A stretch of DNA of 64,000 nt from Tricharina praecox (lineage: Eukaryota): NCBI RefSeq assembly GCF_024521635.1, contig NW_026250406.1, positions 682,001-746,000 on the forward strand, written 5' to 3'. The notes under the pieces were generated by a model. The model had not been told where the DNA came from. It saw nothing but the letters and a program-made list of their open reading frames with translations, and ran no database searches. Positions 12,894-25,993 of the stretch are shown one piece after another (positions within the stretch are counted from its first letter, which is position 1; each line of letters opens with the position of its first letter). Made by a program: the position numbers and the translations under genes.

Positions 12894-14205
12894 ATCCGCG
12901 GCCCGTAGAGCTAGGGGATTCAGATTGAGGACCTCAACGGAGCCAGAAGACCTGCAGCTGATCTGCGTTGAGCGGGAATACTTTTCACTTGCCACTTGCC
13001 ACCAAAGTACCTCGACATGGCCACTCATGCCGTATCACTCGCAAATTCCAGTTCGCCAGAAACGCATCTCCGCAAAATATAGGTAATGTCTATTCCAACT
13101 ATTTGAAGAGCTTCATTTGATTAGTAGATGACGGAAATAGTGGTCAGAGAAATTGTTGGGTACTCGCTCGGCTTTGCTATTTACATCCACGAATCACGAT
13201 GGCGGATGGCCGAGTGGGACAATCAATAGCGTGTTGATGGTTGGATCGACTGGCCACTGGGGTGGGGAAATTACATGAAGAATATTGGGAGGTTGGGGGG
13301 CAGGAAGACGGTACGAGCTACGCTGTTTAGTGGTCACGAGAACCACCACCGAACGGCGAACGGATCTACTCGCCGCACGGGAACCTCCGAGACTCGGATG
13401 CGAACCAACCGTCGTGTCCATCGAGCATGCTGCAATGACGCAACGTTTGGCCGCACAACGGGACGGCAAGCATTGGCGGCTATGCGCGGAACGGCGGAGC
13501 CGTAAGGGTAGAAGGACTCGGATGAAAGGACTCGGACTCGGGCTTGATGGTGTTTTGGTACCGGTATACTATAGACCTGGTTGCTTGGAGTTCTCGTCCG
13601 GCTACCTAGTAGGTACTTAGTACTCCCGCGGTACCTACGGGCTTACGGCGAGTTTCGATGCCGGGTTTTGATGGCTACTAGTTACCGCGTGTTACGCTGA
13701 ATTAGGGTCTTGTTTAAGGCACTTCGCGGTATGCTCAGGTTTTCGAAGAGACGACCGTAGCCATGCTTCCTAGCCATCCTGTAGGCCTCCGAGCGTACGG
13801 CTGGATGGGAAACAGCATACGGTACAGCTCATTCGAAGTGTACTGTAGTGAGCCGAGAAGAGGCGGTGGGAATGTGGGCATGTGGGATCGTGACATGTAC
13901 TCGGAGGAGATCTACCATAGTCCGAACAATACCATAACACAAAGTTCGTCCTCACCATCAAAATTTACGCCTGGCAAGAGTAAAAAATGACAATATTTAT
14001 AATTCCCATTGCACCAGACGTGCCTTATAGACAGTAGCACCTACCGTAACAACCAATTAACCCACAAAGATAACCATAGCAACGCAATTAAAAACCGGCC
14101 AATGAGTAAAATACACTTCCAAAGTCCCGATTCACGCCGGCCTTATCCCTCCGGTAATCTTCATCCATTAAACTTTGCCGGCTCTATCCTTCCATTAATC
14201 CCCAT

Positions 14206-15186
14206 TCAAAAAACCTTCTGCTGTCTCCTAAGAGTTACAGGTGCAGCCTTGCGGTTCACCGCCCGTCCCAACCAGGGAACACAACACACCACGCGGACTC
14301 CATCGTCGGTGTCGACATCATCCTCGCCGATGGAGGCTTCAACCACCGGCTCCGTGACCGCCGTCGCGAACCCCGTCTCCCACCCTTCGTACTCTCCAGC
14401 CGCCAGGTCGTCCGCACTCTTGAGAGCACCCACCACCGGCCCCCAAAAGAACCCGCTATGCTCCGTCCTCCCGCCCTTCTCGCGTTCCAACTGAGCCAGC
14501 CATTGATGAGCGCCCGTCTGCGGCATCTGCAGCACGCGGAGGTCCGCGATGAGGTACGCAGCGACGTCCTCGAGCTCCGGGCCCTGGATCCACCCCAGCC
14601 GCCGAGCAATCACGCCACGCAGGGCCTCGTACACGTCCGCAATGTCCCGCACCGCCCACGCCGTGTAGTGCCGCTCCAGGAACTGCTGCATTCGCCGCCG
14701 CCGCTGTGTGGACGTCATCGCGCGGCACAGCATCTTGTACCGGAATAGGTAGCGTAGCAGGCCGCGGATGCCGGTGCCGTAGGTGTTCTCGAGGGAGAGT
14801 GGGGGAACGGGGGTCCAGGGGTCGCATGGAGAGGTGGAGAGCAGCATGAGGATGCCCCGGTGCTCCGGGAGCTCCCACAGGTTCTCCTCGTGCATCAGAA
14901 ACATCAGCAGTGGGATCGATTCCAGCAGTGCGGATTTCTCGGCGTTGTGGAGGTTCAGTTGGATGGGCGGGATCTCGGTGAGTGAACGGAGCTCGAGGAT
15001 GTAGCCGTATTGCGTGAGGAGACAGGCGAGAACGACGGTCCCGATGTTGGCGACTAGGAAGTTCCTGAACGGGAGACACTCGAGGGCGTAGTCCAGGAGG
15101 GCCTTCGACGTCATGTGCGAGGCCAATGAGAGCTGCACCTTGGGCGAAAGATGGGCAAATTCGAATATTGGAATGGATCGCGGCAT
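14206..15186 (-). CDS. Intronless hypothetical protein with F-box-like N-terminus
   Basis: Long GC-rich ORF. Preferred start is MPRSIP (15186), just downstream of a TATATAAA (~15197-15204). FAHLSPKVQLSLASHMTSKALLDYALECLPFRNFL fits the F-box hydrophobic spacing. Confidence 0.55.
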   Translation of the reverse strand: MPRSIPIFEFAHLSPKVQLSLASHMTSKALLDYALECLPFRNFLVANIGTVVLACLLTQYGYILELRSLTEIPPIQLNLHNAEKSALLESIPLLMFLMHEENLWELPEHRGILMLLSTSPCDPWTPVPPLSLENTYGTGIRGLLRYLFRYKMLCRAMTSTQRRRRMQQFLERHYTAWAVRDIADVYEALRGVIARRLGWIQGPELEDVAAYLIADLRVLQMPQTGAHQWLAQLEREKGGRTEHSGFFWGPVVGALKSADDLAAGEYEGWETGFATAVTEPVVEASIGEDDVDTDDGVRVVCCVPWLGRAVNRKAAPVTLRRQQKVF

Positions 15187-15273
15187 GCTGAGATGCTTTA
15201 TATAGGGACTCAGGAAGTAGAAGTGTTCACGGGAATGGTGGAAGGATCGGGATTGAAAATCAGAGGCACGGTA

Positions 15274-15366
15274 AGGATGAATCAAAGGGACGGTGAGGAT
15301 GAATTAGAGGGACGGCGAGGATGGTTTAGAGGGACGGGGAGGATGAATTAGAGAGACGGTGAGGAT
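15274..15366. repeat. 22-bp minisatellite (gaggatgaattagagggacggt), ~4 copies
   Basis: Direct tandem copies visible upstream of the F-box-like gene. Confidence 0.8.
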
Positions 15367-15704
15367 GTTATACCGAATCGATTGGACGGGAGGTCCTCGT
15401 GTGTAAACCGTAAACGCTCCTCCTCTTCGCGAGTCCCTAGCTGGATCAATGGTCTGATGTGTATGTGTGTGTTGTGTAGGGTAGCCACGATACCGATAGG
15501 TAATGCCTCCAAGAGTCGAAGACGCTAACAGACCACTGCGTACAGTCAGGAGAGATAGTGGCGAAGAGGGGGAGCGAGACCAAGCCTACCTAGCACCTAC
15601 CACCTCGATCTGAGAGGTGTCACCGGTAACCTTCGATCGCCCAAAGTCTATTACACACTGACCGGCAACCCGTACCGACTGATTAGTGGTTCCGGCCCAC
15701 GGAG

Positions 15705-17930
15705 ACATTTGTGGCGAGCTATCCCCACAAACTTAGTACATACTTCCCCTCCCTGAGAGCGGCCCCACACTCCTCACGAACGGCCCCACACGCCTCTGGA
15801 ACCGGAGACATACCTATCGTCCCTCATCCAACCCATCCGCACTACAGTCTACGCGGTCACTTATTAGCCCTCGGGGTCCAGGCCGCCAGACGTCCCGGCG
15901 AGAAGCACGAGACATGCATGCTTCCAGGTGTACGGTACATGGGCTGGGGGGCTGGAGCAGTGTGAGTTTCGGATTCCCTCCAGTGTTTCTCTCGCGGCCT
16001 CCTCCAAAGTTCAAGATTCCGATTCACGGCGTGCTCGTCCTTGAACACCGACTCACTGTGGATAAGCCAGCTCGCTCGCCATCTACGGTACTCTAGACAC
16101 TTGGGCTCAGCTCTCAGCCAGCCAGTTAGACTCAAACGCTCGGGAATTACGAAAACCGTTACCTGCCGAATGGCTAGTACTGTAGGTACGTCCTAGCGAT
16201 CTCCGGCCGATCCCCATCCCAAGAGACAGAATCCCAATAGCTGATTGCCAAGAGAGTTTAGAGCCTCCTCCTTACCTTTTCCCATACTCTAGTTCCGAGC
16301 TGGCTGGATTCCTGGATTCGTGCCGTCCGTACGGGCTACCTGTGATGTTACCCATCCCGAGGTGGTACTCACGAAGTCATCCGCGGAGATTTCGAATTCG
16401 CACATTCAAGTTCTGGCTCTCCTGCTGCTGGGAAATCTTGCGGGCTGATCCTCCACCTGGACTGCTGGGCAGTGGAGACGCATACACACGGCATGACAGC
16501 CACGAGAACGCCAAACACGCTTCGTCCTCGATCACGCAGGTTCTGTGGCTATATTGGGACAGTACTTGGCGTCACCTCCGACGTCACTCGTCTCCAGTCT
16601 CGCGAGACTAATTTGTGGCGAGCGAACCCCATAATCAACCTACATACTCCCCCGGAGAACGGCCCCGCACCCCCCAGCAACCGCATCCATATCGTCCTTC
16701 ATCCACCCGCAATACACGATCGCTTGTTAGCCCAAGGGTCCAGAGGTCCCGGCAAGGAGCATGACACATGCGGGCTGCCAGGTGTACATGGTCTGGAAGG
16801 CTGGAGTAGTGTGAGTTTCGGATTCCGTCCCGTGTTTGCTCACGACCTCCTCAAAAGTTCAAAATTCCGATTCACGGGCTGGTTCATGAGCACAAACTAA
16901 CTATGGATGCTCTAGGTATCTCACCGTCTACGGTACCCTTAGACACTTCACTTGGCTCAGCTCACGGCTAGGCTCCAGCCGGCTAGATTTGTGCACTCGG
17001 AAATTCTGAAGACCGGTGGCTGCGGCCTGCCAAATGGCCATTAGCTAGTAGGTACGTCCTAGCGACATCCGTTCGATCCCCAGAAATCCCAAGAGACAGA
17101 ATCCCAAGAGCTGATTGCTAAGAGAGTTTAGAGTTTCCTCCTTAACTTTCTTCTCGATAGGTAGTTTCGAGCTGGCCGGATTCTTCAATTCGCCGCGTAC
17201 CTACCTACCAGGTACCTACTGATTCTGTCGCCAATCCCGAGTGGCAGCTTTCGGCGTCATCCCCGGAGATCTCGAACTTGAAACCGCACCTTCTGGCTGT
17301 CCTGCTGGTGGGATATCTTGCGAGCGGACCCTCGTTTTCTATGACATATATACCAGGCATGCCAGCCCAGTGTCCACCATCGATCACGCAGGTTCTGTGG
17401 CTTCGGCGGAACGTGATACCTACAGACTAAATTTTGGACTCAGCACTCCGCCAGCCGGCCAGACTTGAGCGCTCGAGAATTACGAAGACCGTTGCTAGTA
17501 GGTAAGTCCTAACGAAATCCTCTCGATTCCTATAAATCCCACGAGACAGAATCCCATAGCTGATTGCCAAGAGAGTTTAAGGTTTCCTCCTTACTTTTCT
17601 TCTCGATAGGTAGCTTCGAGCTGGCAGGATTCTTCGATTCGTGGCATACTCACGGCTTACCTACCTATGCTGCCAGTTATCCTGAGGGGCAGCTCTCGGC
17701 GTCATCCGCAGAGATTTCGATTTCGATTTCGCAACTTCAAGTTCTGGCTCTCCTGCTGGTGGGATATCTTGTGGATGGATCCTTCGTCTCCTAGAGACGC
17801 ATACACAAGGCATGGCAGCCACGGGGAATGCCATAACTACTCACTCCGTCCACCATCGATCACGCAGGTTCTTTCAGTGGCTTCGGTGGGATAGGATACC
17901 TACTTGGCGTCGCCTCCGACGTCACTCGCT
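15705..17930. repeat. Eroded tandem triplication: ~900-bp, ~800-bp and ~500-bp (partial) units
   Basis: gtggcgagc unit starts at 15711 and 16615; gtgtgagtttcggattcc at ~15960 and ~16809; gagacagaatccca...gctgattgc(c/t)aagagagttta at ~16223, ~17093 and ~17543; cgatcacgcaggttct at ~16529, ~17381 and ~17857. Confidence 0.85.
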
Positions 17931-20531
17931 TTCACTCCAAAAACCCCTGTCCAGCCCTGAACCGACGTCGGAGATAAGGGATGTGTGCAGAGATCGTTCG
18001 GATCGGAGTTCTACTGCGAGTCTACGAGACCGGACCCCGGTGTGAGATCCTTCGGCTCGATTTGCACTCCGTTATGCCACCAGCCTTGGACTCCGATACA
18101 GAAGGACGACTCCGCGTTTTCCTTCATCACCGGCGCGAGATCGACCTGCTGGTTCCACAAGATCGACTGGTGGATCAGCGGCCGGCGGCCGGCTATGTAC
18201 AGGCCCATCGAAGCCGTGGCACACCTCTCTTCTCTCCGGAACTCCGGAGTCCGCTGATCTTTCTATCGCAATAACTAATTGGCATGCACTCGAGTCTCGA
18301 TACCTACTGCCAAGAATGTGGGGAAGGAATTCGACGCCTACAGTTTACAGAGGTATTGTACCTACCGGTATGTACCAGGTATCTCGAGCTTGGGTGAAGC
18401 TTAACACGCTCTAATTAACTCGAACTAGTTAGGTGCTCAGGCACTGTAGCGTGCTTCCCATCCACGACGATCAGCGTCTTATCTTCCGCCGCCGCCGCCA
18501 TCATCCTTCAGGCTTCAGCCGTACCGTGTTCGAAGTATGTAATCGTTCACCTTACGCAGATAGTTTCTCGATATCGGCAGGTCGGGATCACACGGCCAAG
18601 TCCCACAGGATTTCCGCACCACAAGCGGAAAGTGGAAGGGATCGACGAACCGGCCACAAGCGAAGCGAGATCTGATCTGATTGGCCGGGAAATTTTTGCC
18701 TGTTTCGTCTTCAGTGCGCGGACACCTACGGGTGGGATCGTGGATGACCTGCTCTTTGCTCTTGAGTCGTCGTCTGTTTCTTATCGGAATATTGTGCAAA
18801 AGTGGGGATACCAGTACTATGTATCGAGATTCGACGGGGTGATTTCGGACCTTCGGTGGATTCTTAGCAGCGAGGTACTTTACGAACTCATCGGATTCGC
18901 AGTGCGATGTAGGTACTTGGGTACCTACTCTACTATCTATTTAGCTACTTGGCAGAGAGTCGTGATCTGATGTACTTTATACATCAGGTACATACCAGCT
19001 TCCAGAATCAACGGCGTGTGGAAGTATGTAGCACAAGCATCGGCTGCTACGTATAGTTCAGGCCGACTGAAACTCTGAAACCAGTAAGGCTGCCGGACGC
19101 GGAATCGATGTTGACGTCGAGGAACCCGGGCAAGCTGCCTAGCCCTAGGCCCAAACAGGAGCTATTTTCCATGCTTTTCGTTGCGGCTTCAGCTCTCGAC
19201 TCTCGAGCGAGACGTGGTGATGATGATACAGGTGCAGGGTGCGTGCTCCTGGAATAAGCAAATACCTACGGTACCTATCAGCATGCGCATGGTGATCAGA
19301 TGGGGGTTTCCGGAATCACGACAGATGAAACTCCGGCACGGGGGGATGGGCGTGATCGATGCGCGGGGGTGGGAGGGTTGATTGATACCCTCGGAAGGAT
19401 GAGGTATCGAGGGAAGGCGCAATCGCTTCCCGCGGAAGGAAACCTTCTGCAGCGGAAGAAGAGGATGGCAAAAATAGAGGATGGCTGAGATTGCCGCGCT
19501 CATACCTAGTACGAGTACATACGGTTTTCGTTCGTTGGTCGCTCGTCCGCCGTCCGCACGATCATCGCCTCTCGTGCTGCCTTCTCGCTCTGCTCTCTCG
19601 ATGACGACGTCGATATCCCTACCCCTGGAGACTGGGCTGATTGGCCGCCGTTCGCTATATTCCGATCGATATGTATGAGACAGACGGAGCCAGACCTGCA
19701 GACGCACGTACGGTTAGATTCTTACGTTACCGGCATCTAGTCGCTAGTATGCGCTGGAAAGGCTCCGAGCAGCAGCAGCCTGCTATCGATAATGGACTCA
19801 CGATATGGGGGGATTTTTACCGACATTGGACTTCGACAAATGCCTGTTGTTCCCTATTTGCTTTTTTCTTTTCTTTTTCTTTCCGCCCTGATCTTCGCCA
19901 TTTATTCGAGCCGTGTCCGTGCGATCCCCTACACATATCGACCGTCGACCGTCGATACTTCGATTCGCATCCTCCTCCTCCTCCTGCTCCCCGGTGGCCT
20001 TCGAGCATTCAGACAGACCCCCCGGAACAGCATTCGCAAGCAGGGTACCTATCGAAGCATCCCACGACCAAGCACATAGTTGTCTGCCCGCTCAGCACGA
20101 CAGCCACCATCACCATCACCTCCATCATAACCATCTTTATCACATACCCTTCAACCTGCCATCTCCGTAAACATCTACTTCTTCCGACATTACCAACTCC
20201 CACGGTTGCTTCGGTTCCGGAAATCATTCCCCGCGATACGATACAGCTACGGCAAGGCCGCTGTCGAAGCTTTCGATCTCGCTACATTGAATGCTAGCAG
20301 CGAGCCGTTCCACGCAGTCTTCCATCGACAAAATAGAAAAGCCCGGCCCTCAAGCTCTGCTTTCTGTGGCGGACGGGCTATCTCCTCAGAGTGCTTTATA
20401 GTTTAACACAGCAGCTTTCCTCCTCCCCACGTGGTCTCTACACCGATCCACCTGTCTGCTGGCTTCTTGCTTCGATCATCATCAAACAGAGCAGCTATCC
20501 GCCGAGTCAACTCCCATCCTACAGCTTCGCC

Positions 20532-22113
20532 ATGATCCCAGCAATGACGACGAACGTATACTTGACACTCTACGTATCACCCGTCTACCTCACGGTCGGC
20601 AGCATCCTGATCACCATAGCAGCCGTCTTACTACTACTGCTACCCCTCCGCACCCTACACACCCGAAACTCGGCTGCCACACCCCTCCGCTCGGTGTCGC
20701 CTGACACATCCCAGAAGCCTCGGCCTGAGCACCAGCACTCGGCAGACGCACCATCCAAGATCGCCGGGATCCTGACCAGCATCCTTTCCGTACGTCGAGG
20801 TTCTACGGTTGCCTTGCCGCCGCCATCATCGCCGGCAGGTGCTACGCCCGGACGGTACCTCCCCAACACAACCCGTACCGATGCGGAGATCGCAGCGTAT
20901 GGACGATTCCCGGATTACGCTGCGCTCAGCGGTGTGCTGTTGCCGAAGCCGTACGAGGAATTTGATATATCGAAGGCCCGGGCGAGACCGTACCGACCGT
21001 TCCGGTGGGCGTACCACCAGACCATGTGTTCGTTCCCCCACCACCATCACTTCTACGTTTGCAAAATATACTAACTCCAACAGCGTTCAAGAAGATGGAG
21101 CCCGACTGGTGGCTAGAGCTCGAAAACACCTACAGCCGCCGCATCGCTCAGCGAATAGAGCTCTACAACCGCCACGGCGAAGACGTCCTCCAATGTCTCC
21201 CGGGCGCCGAGGCGGCATGCACCGAGCTGATGGAGATGGTGCTGCAGTTCCTTGTCGCACGGTACCCGCAGTATTTCGCCCTCAAGTACCCTGCCGGCGA
21301 AGACACGGAATCCTTCGTCAACCAGATCCTAGGCCGCAGGTTCAGGATCCGCGAGATGCATCCGCTGGTGGTGCTGCTCACGAACGTGCCCGAGGACTTT
21401 GCCATCACGATCAAGAACGAGGAGACGGGTGCGTACGAGTTCCACGCCGGCATCATCTGCAGCAGTCTGGGCTGGAACGTCGCTTCGAAGATTGGGAAAA
21501 CTCTACAGGAGATTCATCAGCCGATTCCGGATTACGAGGAGAAGATGTCGAAGTCGATGGACCGGTTCGTGCCCATCCCCCCGTAGACTAAATACATGAA
21601 GAAAACCAGTGTGCTTACAACATCACGTATAGTTACTTCAGCAAGATGCCGACAAACATGCCCATCCAGCGGGGCTCATGGGGCCTCGAGTACAAGGAGC
21701 CACTATATATGCCACCTGACGACCCACACGCCAGGTTCCGGAACCTGCAGCTCCCCTTGCTAAAACTGGAGGACGTCCGCCTGCGCGTAGACTGGCAGAC
21801 ACTGCGGCGCCTCCCACTCAGCGGCGCAATAGTGTTCAACTTCAAGGCCCTCTTCACGCCCATCACGGAGTTTGCAGACGAGCCGTGCATCCCCGCCCTC
21901 GTCCTCGAGATCCTTGAGAAGGGGAAGAAGAGCCTCATGGAGTACAAGAGTACCTGGCACGTGGAACACGTGGTGAAGCCGGCGCTGCGCGAGTGGGCCG
22001 AGGAGCAGGTGCGGAATGGGCTTGCGCCCAAGGATTGGGAGGTGGGCACCCTCGAGGAGTATCCGATGTTTAAGGGCTGGGAGGAGAAGTGGCATCGTGC
22101 GCAGAGGTTTTAG
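20532..22113 (+). CDS. DUF3445 / heme-dependent oxidative N-demethylase alpha-subunit-like (HRQ-type) protein with N-terminal TM helix
   Basis: Motifs RPYRPFRWAYHQTM, MEPDWWLELENTY, VPEDF, IHQPIPDY, IQRGSW, LRVDWQTLRRLPLSGAIVF. Introns 21028-21083 and 21565-21632 (both GTTCGT...AG) restore the frame. Confidence 0.85.
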
Positions 22114-24848
22114 TCTTTGGCTTAGGTGTGGGGTATTCGTGGTTCATTGCTTGCTTCTGAAGTTTGGTCTTGATGACGTTGTCTTTTTACTGTATATTCG
22201 TTAGGGAGGTGGATCGATTTCACGCTGTAAATTTTAATGGGTGGACACTTGTCCACCGGAATGTACACTGCGATATTTACGATTCTGTACGATTTGCTCT
22301 CCATATGATAACACAGCACCGGTGATGAAGAATACCGTACAATGATGCACTACCTACTCACGGCAGCAAGCAAAAAAGAAATGTATTTATTCGACAGGAC
22401 TCTGAATCTCGGTAGAGTACACCACTAACTTAACTACAGATGATCCAAAACGTAAGACTTAGATAACCCGTCGTAACGTCATCATCCGAAACCGAGTGAT
22501 AGTACGCGCATGCGCATGAATGCCGTGTGCAACAAGGCGATGAGGAAAAGGATGATCCGGCATCGTATCGCCCCTCGGGCTACGACAGACTTACTAGTAA
22601 GTACCTACTTAGATCTTCGATATAGTGATCCCGCATCATCGAAATATTTCCGTTTCTTGTTGTTGGGTAACTAAGAGCGCGAGCTAGAGGCTTTGAGGCA
22701 TTGAGCCTCCTTCTTGTTCCTAAGTTTTCGACTTGACGGGGACGGAGGGGACGGAGGGAACGGAAGGGCTCTCCTTCACTGGAGGGGTTGGTTCGCGATT
22801 ATTTCTTTTTCTTCTGGCAGTAGGTGCACGCGTGCTAGTTTTCCGTAGTTGAATGTGGCTGACTGACTGTGGCTGATTCCAGTCCATACCGTAGCTGAGC
22901 TGCTGCGGTGCCTAAAAAAAACCAGCCGCAAGGCCAGTGGTCACTGCGAGTCCCGACGTGTCGTGGTAGTTGCAACGAAGGGTGCCACGAGGCTGCTCTT
23001 CACACTTACCTCGTCTTCATAGCGAATGTCATATGAACCCGTTGGTTTCAGTGGCAGTGACATCATTCCCCCGCCTACGAGAGAAGCTTGTTTTACTTAC
23101 TGCGTATTATGCTCTGGGTCCCCGCCACGTGTTGGCTGGTTGATCCGAGTATAGATGCGGTGATGAACTAGTGTACGGCCGAATTACGAAGATGATATTC
23201 AGCAGAAATTTGAATTATTTGAATTCTTAACATCACGATGTTACATTGTCTCAGCAGCTCCTTCCTTCCCCCCCTCCTTTCTGCGAGTATTCGCCACTTG
23301 CAGTCGAGCATGCTGCACAAAGTTCCTCCTCTCTAAAAGCAACCAGAAAAAGTGAGATCGAGAGATTGAATCTCTGGGGGAAGGTGCAACCGAGGGCTAG
23401 TCGGAAGAGGAGGGAAAGAGAAAGAGTGATGAGATGATGGTGGATAGGAAGTGCAGTGATGGAGGGCAGGGCTTTTTATTGTTGGAATTGAATCATGGAG
23501 AAAAAAAGAGAAAGAGGAACGAAAGCACAGGGGAGGGGCTGGCTTTATATACCTGCTTCAACACCCTCGCAGGCACAAAAATGAAGGGGAGCAATGCAGC
23601 AATGACAGCTCAGCAGGGGGTCAGCTATCCTGATCGAGCAAACAAACATCATGTCCTCTCGATCGAGCACTTGTTTGCAATTGCCGCAACTGTCGGCCTC
23701 CCTCTAGGCAGCACCTCTAAGACAATCACCTTGGTGACCCAAGGATCCCATCACTTTGCTGAAAGTTTCCATTTTTAATTTTCCAATTTTTATTTTTATT
23801 TTATTTTCACACATTAGCGCTGGGAGTCCTCATACTCGCCAGTGGTGAAAAACCAGCCGTTCTCCGCAGGACTCTTCGGAATGCATCTACACCTCACACA
23901 GGATCTCTGAGCAAGTCTAGTTCGTTATGACTTCTCAATCCTGCAGGAACAGAGCCCGTAGAGTCCGAGCGAGACTACATGAATGATCATACGGCACCGT
24001 ACCGAATGATATTCGGTGAGGCTCGAGATAAGTACCGAGTAGGATATACTATGAATGTGGGTATGATGAAATTTGCTGGGTGGGCGACTTCGCCAGAATA
24101 TTATTCGAACTTGAGGGCTTTTAGGTAGTAAGTGGCGATTTGAGATCGGAAACTGTCGATGAACACTAAACACGGCTTCACCAAGAGAAACTGCAAAGTG
24201 GGAAAAATAAAAATAAATCGTACGCATGGTCCTGCTTCTGTCAGGATGTGCTATTCGGTCCGAGCAAGCCCAGCATGTTAGAGGCAACCTTGTTTGTCTG
24301 AACAGAGCACATACGTCACAGCTCATCGATCGTATTTTCGAGGAGGGGTTGGAAAAGAGCGCAACTCAGGCATGGCGACAAGGGAGGTCTCTGTGCTCTT
24401 GCTGTGGCCTCTTCAACGTCGTGTGAGAGTGTGGCAGCGATGTGTTTGCCTGCTAATCAGATAGAAGCGCATGCATCGATCCATCGTCGCTGTCAGGAGT
24501 GTGTCTGTCTGGTCTAACTTGTCGCATGCATGTATGTTTGCCTGTCGTCCGATCTAGACAAGAGCTTCGAGACTGGTGGATATCGCATCATATCGAGCTC
24601 ATCGCTCTTCAACGTAGCCTACAGCAGGGCTTGCAACGCCTGCTCGAGTTTCGACTTCGATCTGGTGTGGGCCCACCTGTTTCTAGGGTCAGCCGGGGCA
24701 GCCAACGGTGATACGAGTCGGTTTCTTACATCTCGTTTCCCTCTTCTTCGATGCTCCATCCACCCGGCTATAAATAGTCTTCCAACCCCCCATGCTCACC
24801 TTTCGTCCTCTCTTTCCGTCTTCACTCTGCTTCTTCACTCTGCTTCTT

Positions 24849-24924
24849 CACTCTCCTTCTGCACTCTCCTTCTGCACTCTCCTTCTGCACTCTCCTTCTG
24901 CACTCTCCTTCTGCACTCTCCTTC
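24849..24924. repeat. 13-bp tandem repeat (cactctccttctg) x~6 within a CT-rich tract
   Basis: Perfect copies read directly; the pyrimidine tract extends ~24790-25150 after TATAAA at ~24769. Confidence 0.9.
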
Positions 24925-25308
24925 CTCACCCACCACCTCACCCTCATTCATCACTATCCTTCTTCACTCTCCTTCTTAACGCCCTTCTGCACCCTCATTC
25001 TGCATCCTTCTTCTACACCAACCTCCTCACAATCATTCATCACTCTCCTTCTGCACTCTCCTTCTGCATCCTCCTTTCTCACCGACCTCCTCACCCACCT
25101 CTCTCACCTCTCTCACCTCACTCACCTCACTCACCCTCCATTTCACTCTCAGACCTCGGCGGCATTCTACTCGTCCAAGGTGGAACCCGCTTTACTACGC
25201 ACCTGCCGTATGTTCTGGCTCCACTTTTACCACGCTCTCTCCTCGTCAGGCCCTCGGGCCTCCGTTTCGCTCCGCTTTCTTCCCTCCACCAAGTCACTCG
25301 TTAGGTGA

Positions 25309-25993
25309 ATGACGAATTTCCAACCCTTATCACCCAATCTGCGAAGTGGGCGATATGCATACACCGAAAGCTTGACCCGCGAAACATACTACGCTGAGCG
25401 GCGGTCGAGCTGGCTGCCACTTCGGTTAGTCGTCACTTCTCCTACGCTTCTAAGCACGATCACACTGATTGATTTTAAGATTCGAAAGAAGCGCCTGAGC
25501 AGCTCATATACTACCGTTGGCAGTATCAGTACAGCTAATGAGCCACAATAGCCAACTGCTCCAGTGAGTCACCAATACCTACTCTACATTGATATTGGAT
25601 ACTTACTGACGCTGAGGTAATTCTAGGCCGCCGATACGGACGGCCCAAATCGTCACTTGCGGTCAACTAGCTCGTCCCATACTGCCTACCGTATGGGGGG
25701 CGTGCGATCCCTTGAGCGAACTACCTGAAGGCTACACCGTAACCACCAAGCGCTACACCTCGGAATCTCGAATCTTTCACAACAAGACCGAAGCCGGCGA
25801 CACCACTCACGATCGTGCCGTTTGGCAGCAGCTTGAAGAGCCAAATCCGATTGGTTTTCACGGCAACATCACTATCGTGAACGCCGCGAACCGAATCAAT
25901 CCAACACTTGGATTCTATGTGTTCATTGCATTGTTCATGCAAACATTGCAGAGGGGAATGTTGAGAGAGTTTTCTTATTGGTGCTTGCATTAG
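25309..25993 (+). CDS. Small hypothetical protein, probably spliced
   Basis: ORFs MTNFQPLSPNLRSGRYAY... and ...ELPEGYTVTTKRY...FHGNITIVNA...LGFYVFIALFMQ follow a TATA and CT-rich leader, with candidate GT-AG introns between them. The exon model is unresolved. Confidence 0.35.

Noticed and set aside
15705..17930. CRISPR-like repeat/spacer array or LTR pair
   Set aside because: Eukaryotic DNA; the inter-core segments are homologous, and there is no internal gag/pol and no TG...CA ends identified
24530..25304. 149- and 170-aa Leu/Ser/His-rich ORFs
   Set aside because: Artefacts of the 13-bp and CT-rich repeats
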